A stretch of DNA of 64,000 bases, taken from assembly GCA_030264375.1 (NCBI GenBank), contig JASCQW010000032.1, positions 43,873,709 to 43,937,708 of the forward strand. Direction: 5' to 3'. The notes under the pieces are model-generated. The model was given only the letters and a program-made list of their open reading frames with translations. It had not been told where the DNA came from and did not search any database. Below are positions 38,501 through 50,929 of the stretch, one piece after another. The number at the start of each line of letters is the position of its first letter. Position 1 is the stretch's first letter. The position numbers and the translations under genes were made by a program. This stretch comes from Carcharhinus longimanus. Taxonomy: Eukaryota.

Positions 38501-41500
38501 TAACAGTGACTAAAGTGTTCAAAGCATTTTACAAGAGGCTGGAATATGTATTTACAAGATATGGAGACCATAATGTTAATTCTGATTTTTGAAATAAGAG
38601 GTGGGGCGGGGGGGAGAGAGAAGGGTCGTGGGTCATGTGATGTAAGCACAGGAATGGGTACATTTTTGTGAGCTCTGATGCTATTCATCTTTTAATCCTT
38701 TTATTTACTCTGATGCACAATCTAAAATTATTGAATCCTGGAGTGTCCACTCTGTGCTACGTTGCTGGAAGGTCCTGGTTAAGTTTGGGTGCCGAGGATC
38801 TGATTAACATCAAGAAAATCCTTGTTTGATGAAGGTGGTTAAAGACAGGCTGGGTTGGGCAGTTTAGCTGGTGAGCATGCTCAGGCCATGTTACAGGCAT
38901 CAAGATGATGACTGCCATTGTAGGTCAAGTTGGGATTGATGGTCTCAGCTCACTGGCACAAGTCACTGGTGCTCATATTGATGAACGGCAAGGTTTCCAA
39001 AAGAAAAGGGATGAAGCAGAGGTAAGAATCACGTCAGTCAAGTGGGTATATTCCCTTGGTNNNNNNNNNNNNNNNNNNNNNNNNNNNNNNNNNNNNNNNN
39101 NNNNNNNNNNNNNNNNNNNNNNNNNNNNNNNNNNNNNNNNNNNNNNNNNNNNNNNNNNNNNNNNNNNNNNNNNNNNNNNNNNNNNNNNNNNNNNNNNNNN
39201 NNNNNNNNNNNNNNNNNNNNNNNNNNNNNNNNNNNNNNNNNNNNNNNNNNNNNNNNNNNNNNNNNNNNNNNNNNNNNNNNNNNNNNNNNNNNNNNNNNNN
39301 NNNNNNNNNNNNNNNNNNNNNNNNNNNNNNNNNNNNNNNNNNNNNNNNNNNNNNNNNNNNNNNNNNNNNNNNNNNNNNNNNNNNNNNNNNNNNNNNNNNN
39401 NNNNNNNNNNNNNNNNNNNNNNNNNNNNNNNNNNNNNNNNNNNNNNNNNNNNNNNNNNNNNNNNNNNNNNNNNNNNNNNNNNNNNNNNNNNNNNNNNNNN
39501 NNNNNNNNNNNNNNNNNNNNNNNNNNNNNNNNNNNNNNNNNNNNNNNNNNNNNNNNNNNNNNNNNNNNNNNNNNNNNNNNNNNNNNNNNNNNNNNNNNNN
39601 NNNNNNNNNNNNNNNNNNNNNNNNNNNNNNNNNNNNNNNNNNNNNNNNNNNNNNNNNNNNNNNNNNNNNNNNNNNNNNNNNNNNNNNNNNNNNNNNNNNN
39701 NNNNNNNNNNNNNNNNNNNNNNNNNNNNNNNNNNNNNNNNNNNNNNNNNNNNNNNNNNNNNNNNNNNNNNNNNNNNNNNNNNNNNNNNNNNNNNNNNNNN
39801 NNNNNNNNNNNNNNNNNNNNNNNNNNNNNNNNNNNNNNNNNNNNNNNNNNNNNNNNNNNNNNNNNNNNNNNNNNNNNNNNNNNNNNNNNNNNNNNNNNNN
39901 NNNNNNNNNNNNNNNNNNNNNNNNNNNNNNNNNNNNNNNNNNNNNNNNNNNNNNNNNNNNNNNNNNNNNNNNNNNNNNNNNNNNNNNNNNNNNNNNAAGT
40001 GGTTGGAATATGTTAATGGTAGGGCCTGAAGAATGTCTCAGGTGTGACTGGGGATAAGGGAAGTTTCTTTTGTTTGAAGCCCTATGGTGGCGCGAGTACT
40101 CCTGGCTTGTCAGTTCTTTTTTTAAACTGTGTCATTGTTCTGTGTTTACCTCGACTGGGTAGGTTAGGGCAGTAGCTACATTGATTATCCATTACTGGAT
40201 CCTATGGAAAATATATTAGATGAGGAATAAGCTGTCTTTCCCTGGGGACTTCCAGACAACGCTATCTGAGTTTCTCCTACAAGGTTATATGGCTATGTTC
40301 TCGATATTCTGCATGTGAGTGTGTACTGTCGACCCATGTCTTGTGTCTATGGTCTTGCCCTGATGTTCCTCTCTCACTGAGATTCCCTTTCATTTTCTGG
40401 GTCATTGGGATGCTGACAGAGGCTCTGATTTATTACATTTGATCTCATGGGTTTTCCTTCATCTTATTAGGAAGAGAAGGATTGTATCTTTTCCTGAGAT
40501 AGCCCGTCTGTGGGTGTCTTGATGATTCTTCTTCTTCTTCTGGTTGGTGGGGTCTCCTTGGTAGGTAAGGTAATGAGTAGGTAATGGGTAAGATTTTTCG
40601 GTTGATGGTGGGGCTTGAGCGGCACCTCCAGTGTGGCCGGAAACATGTGAAATTTATTTTGTGGTGAGCCCACGCATATTGTGCAAATCCTTGGCATATT
40701 GGCTCTTCTTTTATCTATGTAAATATCCCTTTATTTTTGGCTGTGGAGGCAAGGGTAGCAGCTATTTTGAAAATTTGTGCTTACAAGGTGTGGAGGTTAT
40801 ACTATAGTTTAGGTCTCCCTAATGGAAGGTAACCTGTTATTTGTGGCTTCTGGGGAAAGTTTAGATACCCAGGCACTGTTTAATCTGCACTCTTCCTGGG
40901 AAGTTGTGTAGCTCTGCTCCTGTTATCCTGCATGTGAGTGTATACACTGTAATACCATGTCTTGGGTTTGGGGTTGTATCTTGATGTTCCCCTCTTTTTG
41001 GGGTATCCTTTCAATCTTCAGAAATCTTGGGGCACAGTTTTAGGCTCCAAGTGTTTGTATTTGATCCTATGGGGGACTCCCTTATGCTATGTAGTTCGGT
41101 CCTCATTGTTCTGTGGGTGAGCACATGCACACTGTGCCACGTGCTCATGGCTTTCTCTATCCTATTGTCTTGATATTCCCCCGTTTTGTGTACTTTCCTT
41201 TCATTATCCATACGAAGGGAGGCACTGGTTACAACGATTATAATTAATAATCAATATTCCAAACCAATTGTAACGATACTTGCCAGTCTTTTCTGTAGTT
41301 GTGGAAAAATGATTTGTAGTATACCAATCCTTGAAGGTTTGTTGCACTGTTTGTAACAATGGGGAAAAAAAATGTTAAATAAAAATATTTTAAAAAAGAG
41401 GCCAATGGATCTTCAGAAATTCCATGAAATAATTAAGTTCCTATATGAAGATTGAAAAATGAATTACAATTTATTAGGATTTTCAGGAGGCAATTAGTAA

Positions 41501-42442
41501 AGTATTATATGTGAAATGTCCATAAAAGCAACAACAATCCACAGAAACAATGGTTAATAAGTTAATCGATATTGAAAAATTGCTTCGCAGTAGAAAGCAA
41601 AAGATGATGAAAGAAAAAAGCTCTGTTGAATTCCCTGGAAGTTCAAATCTTTTGTAACTGACGTAGAATAGAGTACTTCCTGCACAATAATACAAAATTT
41701 GTCGAGAAACTCTAGCTATACAAACATGTGGTTAGTATTAACAGCATTTCAAGTGATTTGGTTTGATTAATTGGATAGGGCAGAGAAAAGTAGCTAGATT
41801 TTGCAAAGTACATATTTTGGAGCAAGAAATATTTTGACAAAATAAATAAGTGCTACTTTGGATAAATCTCACAGCACCTGCTACTTCTTGGAAATCTCCC
41901 ACCAAAGTATTAATCCAGCTCATTTAGCTATTAAAATCAACCATTAGAAAGCTCATTTGTGGTAAGTGGTCTCAGGCAAGCAAAGACTTTCAGTCTCTCT
42001 CGCCCATCCATTCAGAGTATTCCCTTGGTGCGCTCATTATAATCCTGAATGCCATTTGATGACAAGACCTGTCTAGTTCCTTCTTGAAACCAATTAAAGT
42101 TTCTTGTTCCCCGCACCCATACCAGTACTCTGTATTCCACATACTTAGAACCCTTTTAGGAAAAAATATCTTTCCTGACTTCCCCTTGTTATCCTTAATT
42201 TGTAAATATGATCCTTTGTGCTCAGGCTCTGTACATAGCAAAACAGTTTACTTGGATTCAATTTGTCCAAAGCATTCATAAACTTGAAATATTTATATCC
42301 CCTCTCAGTTTTTTTCAAAGAGAAAAAAAACTATCTTTTAATCTTTCAAAAGCAAAATACTGCAGATACTGAAAATCTGAAATAAAAAAGTGCTCAATAC
42401 TCAGTAGGTCAGGCAGCATCTCTGGAGAAAAACATAATTAAT

Positions 42443-45037
42443 GGGCATAATTCTCCAATTTTCAGATCAGGTCTGGTGGCACCTTTTCCACTTGCCAGGT
42501 TCTGCACTTGGAAGTTCATTAATTACGCACAGTGAGTTCCTCTCTGGTGGGCCAGCAGCTGGTTCATCTGCCTGGCATCAGCTGGCAGGTTTGAAGATCC
42601 TGCCACCTTACTTAAACATGAGTCCATGACATTTTTATCACTCTATACAGAACTCTTGTCTTTACGAGGTTCTCCAACACGTCTGGAATCCAGAAGCAAA
42701 AGGCACCACCTGCTTTAAGTGCCCTCAAGGCCCTTATACAGCATGCCTGGGCCCACTGATATGTTCTGTACCCCAGGGACAGCTCAAAGCAGCACATGAA
42801 CCTCATGTCTCTGGCCTCGGAGGCCCAGGAGGTCAGTGTTGCTACCATCTACCTGTGAAGCACCATCCAGTGCAGGAAGCAGATGAATGATCTTATCCAC
42901 TCTGCCAAGATAAGGTTTCTCTTAGCTCCCTCCACTATCAAACTCTCACATGGCATCAGATTCTCAAATGGCTACCCTCTTTACAGATCTCATACATTCA
43001 GTTGTGCAGGACATGTATCAAAACTTACACTCTCAACAAGACTTTCACAACACCACCACCCCATCTGTCTTATTGATCGAACTTCAATCTCTGTCCCTTC
43101 TACCTGCACCAACTCCAGCTGTGCAAGCAGCCAAGGGTGTTTTGCCCGAGTAGGAGACCTTTATGAGGCCCGGCCCCTCCAGGACTTGGGGCCCCCTAAG
43201 AGAATGTCATCACAGGTATCAGCAAACTACCTCTACTCTTGCTGCGGATGTCAGGGCTAGAACAAGGCATAGTGGTAGGGTTAGGAAAGCTAAAAAGTCT
43301 TGAGGTCACCTCAGAGTCATGGGTGCTCTACACAGTGAACAGGTTACACTTTTAAAAACCATTCCATGGGTATATGAATGTAGTGGTCAGATGAAAGTAT
43401 TTTGGTTTCGATTTTTGCAATCTTCTTATTTTGAATTTCAATTTTTCTTACATTCATCATGTCTCCTTTTAAGATTAAAATTCATATGATGTCAACCTCT
43501 GTGGAACTTGTTACTTGTGTGTTGTCATGGAAATATGCGTAATTCCTCATTAGCAGTGTATGATGAGTGAGCTCTCAATTTTTGGTCCTTAAGGGATAGC
43601 AATGACTGAGGAGGACTCATCAGACATGTGACTCTCTGTACACGTGGGTTTCCTTACTAATACTGTCCCAAACCAAGATACACAGTTTACAATGTAAGCC
43701 CTACACTGGTCCGTACATCCTTCGCGGCAGTATTTTTCTTCCTTGGATAACGTAGGAAGCATCCAGATTTGACTCACATTGCTGTTCTTCCTTGGAGTTC
43801 AAGTTGAGAGAGTGAGTCCAATAGCAGGACAATGTTCACCCTACTACTTTATTTTAATGAGTCATGAAGGTCTGCACTCTGACTTGTCTGCTAATCCATG
43901 AGCTTAAATGGGAATCTTAACATAGCTCCCATTTTCAAAGAGAACGACGGACAACAGTAACGTTCACAAAGCAATGCTTAGTGTTTGTGCGAACCATCCC
44001 TAATGTGCCACACTAACAGGCGTCCACCCCATAATCTGCAGCTTGTATGCATCCCCTTCCAGTCATACATGCGCTATCTCTTAGCTGCCTCCCTTACCTG
44101 TGTCATGCAGCTTTGTCAGTGTCCAGTTTTCCTCCCCTCTGTCTTCCATTGTTTGTCCTCTTCATCCACCTCCATTCCCCTCTGCCTGCCATCATGAACC
44201 CTTGCCCTCCTCCCCTGCTTTGCATAGCTCACTTTCCACACTGCCTCCCTCGTGTTTGCCCTTCTTCCAACTTCCTACTTGAACAGCCCTCCTTTCACAT
44301 TACCTCTGTTTACCATCCCTCCATCCCCGCTCTTTGCACAGTCCTCCTTCCATATTGCCCCCATGTCTTCATCAGCCCATTTGTCTCACACCTGACCATC
44401 CCCCCCCCAGTCAAAACTTGGACTTTTTTTTAATGAGGGCTGCATGAATCCCACAGCATGGTGCAGTCCAGATAGATACCAAGTATGTGGCACTAGAAGG
44501 AGAGGGGGCTAGAAGAAACCTCTGTACTCCCCAACTCCAGGCATATACTGATCTGACCCAGTAACTCAAGAGGGTCCATGGGTCCAGCAGCATAGTGCTG
44601 CCCATGAAGACTGACCACCATGGAGATAGAGGGCAGGAATCGGTCTGCCCCAGCAGAATAATGAACAAAGCATATGGAGCAGCACAACATTGTAGCAGAT
44701 AGGCTTTGTTACACTCACTTCAAAGGCTCTTACAAATTGAGAACCTCTTTGTGCATGCTATTCATTATCAATTGCTTTCAGACAGTATAAACTCATGCTG
44801 ACATGGCACAAGATTGGAAAACCTGATGAAATTTCAACTAGCAGCTATTTTAATGAGCATTTATGAGATGCAAATTAATGTAAATGGTATTCACACCACT
44901 TGTCAGCAGGAAGACTGACCTACTATTAACCATTGGGAAAATGCAACGCGATTTTATTTCGGTGGCTTTCTGATTTTTTGATTCTCCAATCCCGCTTGTC
45001 ACCAAACCCAGCAGCGGTGCTAAGGGAAAATCTGTCC
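42443..45037. mobile_element. Decayed Harbinger DNA transposon (Myb-like remnant on +, transposase remnant on -)
   Basis: Termini gggcataattctcc / gggaaaatctgtcc; flanks aat/aac; QCRKQMNDL Myb/SANT motif at ~42868-42895; reverse LDCT motif at ~44460-44480. Confidence 0.65.
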
Positions 45038-45536
45038 AACTTTTCAATTTGACGATCCAACATCAGAAAGGTCAGTGGCCTGAAATAATAACTTTGTTTC
45101 TCTCTGCTGCCTGACCTGCTGAGTACTTCCACAATTTTTTTGTTTTATTTCAATTATTCTTTATTTATCAATTCCTAAAATTTTAGGATCAAATGTGTTG
45201 CCTTTCTCTGTACCCCTTCAACATCTGAATGTCTTTCATGAAATAGAGGAACCAAAATGTAGAGTAGACCAGATGTGGTCTTAGGAGAGTCAAATAATAA
45301 TTTCAAAATGATTCTCTAGATTTATACACTATGTCCCTTGTTGTTGATCCCAAAAATATTAGATTTTTTTTAATTGCCAGACGGTTTAGTGATCTGTCCA
45401 CTAAAACCCAGAGATCTTGTTCCTGCTCTAACAACCCAATTACATTTCCATTTAGCAAATAATCCGTATCAGTTTACCTTTGTCAAATCTCGATAGATTT
45501 AGGGGGATGGTAGAATATTGGGAATGTTGGGTTGTA

Positions 45537-45822
45537 CAGTGGCACAGTGGCACAGTGGTTAACACTGCTGCCTGATAGTGCCAGGAACCTGGGTTCAATT
45601 CCCTGCTTTCTGTCTGTACGGAGTCAGCACGTTCTCCCTGTGTCTGTGTGGATTTCCTCTGGATGCTCCAGTTTCCTCCCACAGTCCCAAAGACCTGCTG
45701 GTTAGGTGCATTGGCCATGCTAAGTTCTCCCTCAGTGTACCTGAATCGGCACCAGAGTGTGGCGACTAGGGGATTTTCACAGTAACTTCATGTAAGCCTA
45801 CTTGTGACACTAATAAATAAAT
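45537..45822 (+). mobile_element. V-SINE with alternative tail
   Basis: HE1-type head and V-domain, then ggcgactaggggattttcacagtaac...cttgtgacactaataaataaa. Confidence 0.85.
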
Positions 45823-46049
45823 TCTAAGGTTTTATGCTTTACTAGATGCCCAGGCTAATGGTCTGGAGACCTTCCAGCTCTTCATCTGGCAGTATCTTCT
45901 GGTCCCACTGACAATGTGACCCTGCCAAGGGTTTCCCATCGGTATGGAGGAGAATCAATGAGAACTCCCAGAAGATCCTTCCACAGACCAATGGCCATCC
46001 ACCTCCCACTGCTAAGAAAAATGCTGCAAGGAGGCCAGAGAATCCGGCC

Positions 46050-47205
46050 CATGATTTCAAGTCCCACCTCAGCAGCTGGGGGAGTTTAAATTCAATACAT
46101 CGAACAAAAAGCTTGTCTCAGTAATGATGATCATGGAGCCACTGAATTGTCACAAAAATCCATCTGGTTCACTCCACCACTGTCCTTACCAAATCTGACT
46201 TAGATTTGACTCCAAACCCATCACATCTCTCTGAAACAGTCTAGCAAGTCTCTCAATTGTATCAAACCACCATAGAACAGTTAAATAAGAATGGAAAATT
46301 TGGACAGACCATACAGTCCTTGCAAAATCTGACCTTAAAACTGAGCACATTCTCTCGTGTTGTGTGGCACTACCAGTGCTAAAGGGACTAAATTCAGAAC
46401 AGATCTAGCAATTTAAAATTGGACATCCAGTAGGTGCTGTGGGCTACCAGCAGCAGGAGAGTTGTTTTCAAGGAAATCTATAACATCATGGCGCCCTATA
46501 GTCCCACCCAACTATCATCATCAAGCCAGGAACCAGCCCTCATTCAAAGAAGTAGGTGAGCATGCCACAATCATCAGACACATCTAAAAATGAGGTACCA
46601 ACATAGTGAAGGTACAGGATTACATGCCTGCTAAATAGGAAAAGTAGCACGTTATAAACAGAGCTAAGAAATGTCACAACCTTTTGATCAGATCAAACCT
46701 CTACAATCCTACATATCCAGTCATGAATAGTGTTAGACAATTGAACAATTAACTGGGGGATGAGGCTCCAGCATGTTAATGAAGAGATCAAAACTGAAGC
46801 ATTTGCAGTCACCTTCAATCAAAAGTGCCAAGTGGATGATCCACCTTTGCCTCCTGCTGATGTTCAGACAACTTGATTCACTCCATGCGACATCTAGAAA
46901 TGGTCAAACTCATTTGATTCAGCAGCAGACATCATTCCAGCTATAATACTGAAGACTTATGTGTCAGAACTAGCCACACCCATGCCAAACTGTTTTAGTA
47001 CAGCAACAATGCCAGTATCTACCCACCATTGTAAAAAATGGCCAGGTATGTCCTGTCCACAAAAAGCAAGTTAAATCCAATCCAATCCAACAAATTTGTG
47101 CCTCATTTGTTTAGCATCATTCATTGGCAAAGTGGTGTGGTCAACTGTGCTGTCAAGCAGCACATACCGTAATCTGCTTCCCAACATTCAGTTTGAGCTC
47201 TAGCA
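46050..47205 (+). mobile_element. SINE-like head plus decayed CR1/L2-superfamily LINE ORF2
   Basis: ccagctataatactgaagacttatgtgtcagaactagcc...gtcctgtccacaaaaagca encodes a ..LK...ELA.P...PVHKK RT-adjacent motif. Confidence 0.6.
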
Positions 47206-47529
47206 GGATATTATGTTGTCGTTTTTATGGCATCGTCAAGAGATTTCAGTCTTTGTTAGGGACAAAAGATATTTAATGATGAGAAACTTGGTAGAAGAGG
47301 GTTGCAGCTCTGGCTGCCATGGAGCAGAGCGCCAGTCCTTACATGCTGACAAATGGCCCCAGAAGTAAAATAGCTGAGAGGGGACTCTGTCCCTCCAGTG
47401 TGATCACTCATTCTGGGTCCCATTGGTTCCTCAAGTTCCGTGAGTCACTTCTGCTGTGCTGTCTTAAAAAGACAAATACCCGACACACAACATCCCTTAA
47501 CTTTCTATTTTCAAAATCTACCTACATTC

Positions 47530-49000
47530 TAAATAAACATTATACATAAGTTAAACACTTGTAAATTGATGTGGCAATTGTTCAATGGAGGAATCTTGAG
47601 GCCTGCATTTAACATAACTCTTTCTCTATGCACAGTTCCAAATTTAGTTTTGTGTGGGATTCTTCCATAGAGTTGCTGCTTTCTGAGTTACGTCCTAGAC
47701 TGTGCATGACAAAGGACTACATTCTTCACTCTCCAATCCACTGATCCTTTTCTAAGTCAAGCACCTAACGCTACAATGCACTGCAGGTACCATCATTACA
47801 ATACAACATAGTTTTACATCTTGACAGTTCTTGCATTATATCAGTTTGTCACTTGTGAAGGGAATAGTCACTGTACACTATTTCTGGTACATAGTTCACG
47901 TGATAAAGTTTCTTCTCTTTCTAGCATTTCAATTTGGCATCTTTTCCATCGACCCTGTTATCATGTTAGTTACTGTGCATTTCTATTAGCATGACTATTT
48001 CGGCAATTCTATTCTGGCATGTCACCTCAATTTCCATCTCTGCCTGAATTGTTGCTTTGTCTAGTTCTCTCCGACATAACCCCTTCAACTCGGTGGCTTC
48101 ATTTTCCAATCTCCTTCTTTTGTCTTCTGTGTCAGTTAATTTATGTCTTGGACACGAGTGGTTCTTTACTCCATCATTCACTTCTAACAACATTTGATAA
48201 CAATCTTTCCCTTCTCATGCTTTGCATATTTTCAGAGAACTGACTTTTTTTTGTAGCTGCAACTAACTGTATTTTTATGTTCAATATTTCTTCCTTTTTT
48301 TTAAATTAGGCATTTCTTTTGCCAACTTGTTCAACAGTTGTGTCCTCTGTTTGGGTTTGTCCATTGCTATGTCCTCCACAGCACCATCAAATACCTGACA
48401 GTTTCTGCCTTTCTGCAGAATTCCAATTTCTCCAGCTCATTTGTGTATTCCACACGACTGGTAGTTTGGTTATTGAATTGGACCTCTGGAGAATTCCCAA
48501 TATGGCTCTGGTGAATAACAGCTCTCCTCCAATTTCTGCTTCAACAGTACAATGATTCTTGCTGTAGACGATATAGGATGTCCTACATGAGCACCATAGA
48601 CCAAATCTTTAATGCATTTCACTCTGAGGCTAGCAGTTCTCTTTTTAGAGTTGCTCTCTGCTTTGCTCTTCGCAGATTTTCCTGTCCCTTGTCCTTTGTT
48701 CCTTGTTATGGTCATTGCATTAAATCTTGTAAACTTTGAATGCATTACCTCTTTACATGCATTATTGCTTTAACTGTCAAAGTTTTTTTTTTAACTGCCA
48801 CAGTTGCCATTCCTGACTGTCTGTGCTTTTCCCACACCTAAGGGTTTTGATGAGAACTTATGTTTGGATTTTTTTTTTAGAAGTTTCAAAACCTTTTCAG
48901 CTAGTGCACGTTTTTTTATATCAATTTCTGCAGTTTTCCTTTTTTTTACCCTGCCAACAGCAGAATTTCTTTCCTGCTTGTAACATCAAACTTTTTGTCA
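47530..49000 (-). mobile_element. Unclassified coding-like remnant, possibly retroelement gag/ORF1
   Basis: Broken minus-strand ORFs with coiled-coil-like charged stretches (47966-48193, 48470-48745). Confidence 0.35.
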
Positions 49001-49049
49001 ATTTTACCACTGGCTCTAGTTGGGAGTTTTTAAAAAAAATTTTCAAGCG

Positions 49050-49333
49050 GTTAGCACTGCTGTGTCATAGTGCAGAACCTTAGGTGACTGTCTGGGTTTC
49101 TTCCAGGTGCTTTGGTTTCCTCCCATGGTCCAAACATGCGCAGATTAGGTGGATTAGCCATGTTAAATTGCCCCGATGTGTCCAAGGATGTGTAGATTGG
49201 GGATAAGCCATGATAAATGTGTGGGGTTATGGGGATAGAACAAAGGGGAAGGCTTAAGTGGGTTGCTCTTTCAGGGAGTTAGTGCAGACTCAATGGGCCA
49301 AATGCCCTCCTTTTTCACTGTAGCGATTCTATG
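49050..49333 (+). mobile_element. HE1-like V-SINE (internally deleted)
   Basis: gttagcactgctg head, tttcctccca...ttaggtggattagccatg core, CR1-like tail. Confidence 0.8.
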
Positions 49334-50040
49334 ATTTATTTTCAAACAGATGTCAGAAACTCCCAACCCGCAGTCCCTCAATGCAGGGACTGCTACCAGG
49401 GACACCCCATAGGCTCTGTTCAGATCAGTGGCCCTCGTCTTAGCCTCTTCATTTCCTTGTGCTTTTGGGAGATGTCCTGCAGTTCCTTGGGGCATTTTTT
49501 TCCGTTTTTACTTCTGAACTTGTTTAACTGGAGCACATCTCTTTCTTCTCTTTCCAGATTATCTTTAAATCTGAAACAGTTTCAAGCTGGGTATATTGCC
49601 TTTTATACTCCTGTCCTGTCTGTTTTATTAAAGTTTCTTTTATTCTAAGGCTCCTGGACATTGATCTCTCTTTGTTAAAATTTTTCTTTTATATTTCCAA
49701 ACCTCTTTATTCACTGGCCACACTGGTTGCATTCCTTCGAATGCCTCTCAGGGTCTGACACAAGGTCAACAACTCTTCACTGAGTCGATATCCCTCTTTT
49801 CCAACTTCAATTAAGCCAGATATCACAGGTAGGTTATCAGTAGTTTTGAGAGCACTGTGTCAGTCTGCTGTCTGTGTTGTTAGTAAAATTTAATGAGTGC
49901 TGAGTTAATCAGTTGTCAGTGGTATGGGATGGCTGTGGATGCGGGGTTCATGAGGTGGGAGACAGGGTGTGATAATACTTAAGGAAGTGGGCCTGACAGA
50001 CTGTGTGGATGAGTCCCCGAAAGAGAAAGACAACGTGGTG

Positions 50041-50043
<3 letters not shown>

Positions 50044-50070
<27 letters not shown>
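50044..50070. repeat. (TG)n microsatellite beside a gap
   Basis: Directly visible. Confidence 0.95.
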
Positions 50071-50072
<2 letters not shown>

Positions 50073-50929
50073 GGGNNNNNNNNNNNNNNNNNNNNNNNNN
50101 NNNNNNNNNNNNNNNNNNNNNNNNNNNNNNNNNNNNNNNNNNNNNNNNNNNNNNNNNNNNNNNNNNNNNNNNNNNCGGGGGGCGGGGGGGTGTGGAGGAG
50201 TTGGTGGTGATGGTGGTGGGGTTGACATAGCATGAGAAGAATGGTGCCTATTAGTCTTGCCTATCCCTAATGCAGAAAATAATTATTCCCTCAAACATTG
50301 CTGAGACTCATGCTCATTAAACTAATCGGCCCTCGTGAATTAACTCTTCATGTCAGCTTCTGTAGTGACTTGAAGCCCAACTGAAAAAAAACATTTGTTA
50401 CAGATTGCAAACTATGACGTACAAACACAAGTCCCTGTTCAGGGCTACCATTCCGCAGGCCCACTTCTGGGCCTGCCTTACAAAAGGTTCAGGTCATGAG
50501 TTCCAGTTGCACAAGCCACTGCCTGTTACTAGGGAAACTCATACTCAATGAGACCCACAGGGAGATCAATTAGTGATTTCCCCACGGACCTCCTGGGGGT
50601 TATCACATCCATCTCTCCCCTCCCCCAGAGTCTAAAAATTCTCCCTCGCTCCCATGGCAATGAGACCTTCCCCATGGCCTTATCTCGACTGCATATAGAA
50701 TCTGGTTGAGGGTGCATGTAATGGATAGGTGAACGCCTTTTGTCAAAAAGGCGCTACAGGGGCCTTGTCTTTGATGGTGACCTCTGGCTAGGTGTCCACT
50801 GCCTCCACTTCCATGTCTGAGCCAGAATCCTTATCCTCAATATGACTGGCTCTTGAGTTTTTAGAGAGCAGAGTTTCCCATGTATAGGCCAGCGTGAAGG
50901 GTGGAGGAGAAGATGGGCTGCTGGGGCAG

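Noticed and set aside
38905-40057. ORFs of 324-374 aa
   Set aside because: Almost entirely assembly gap (X).
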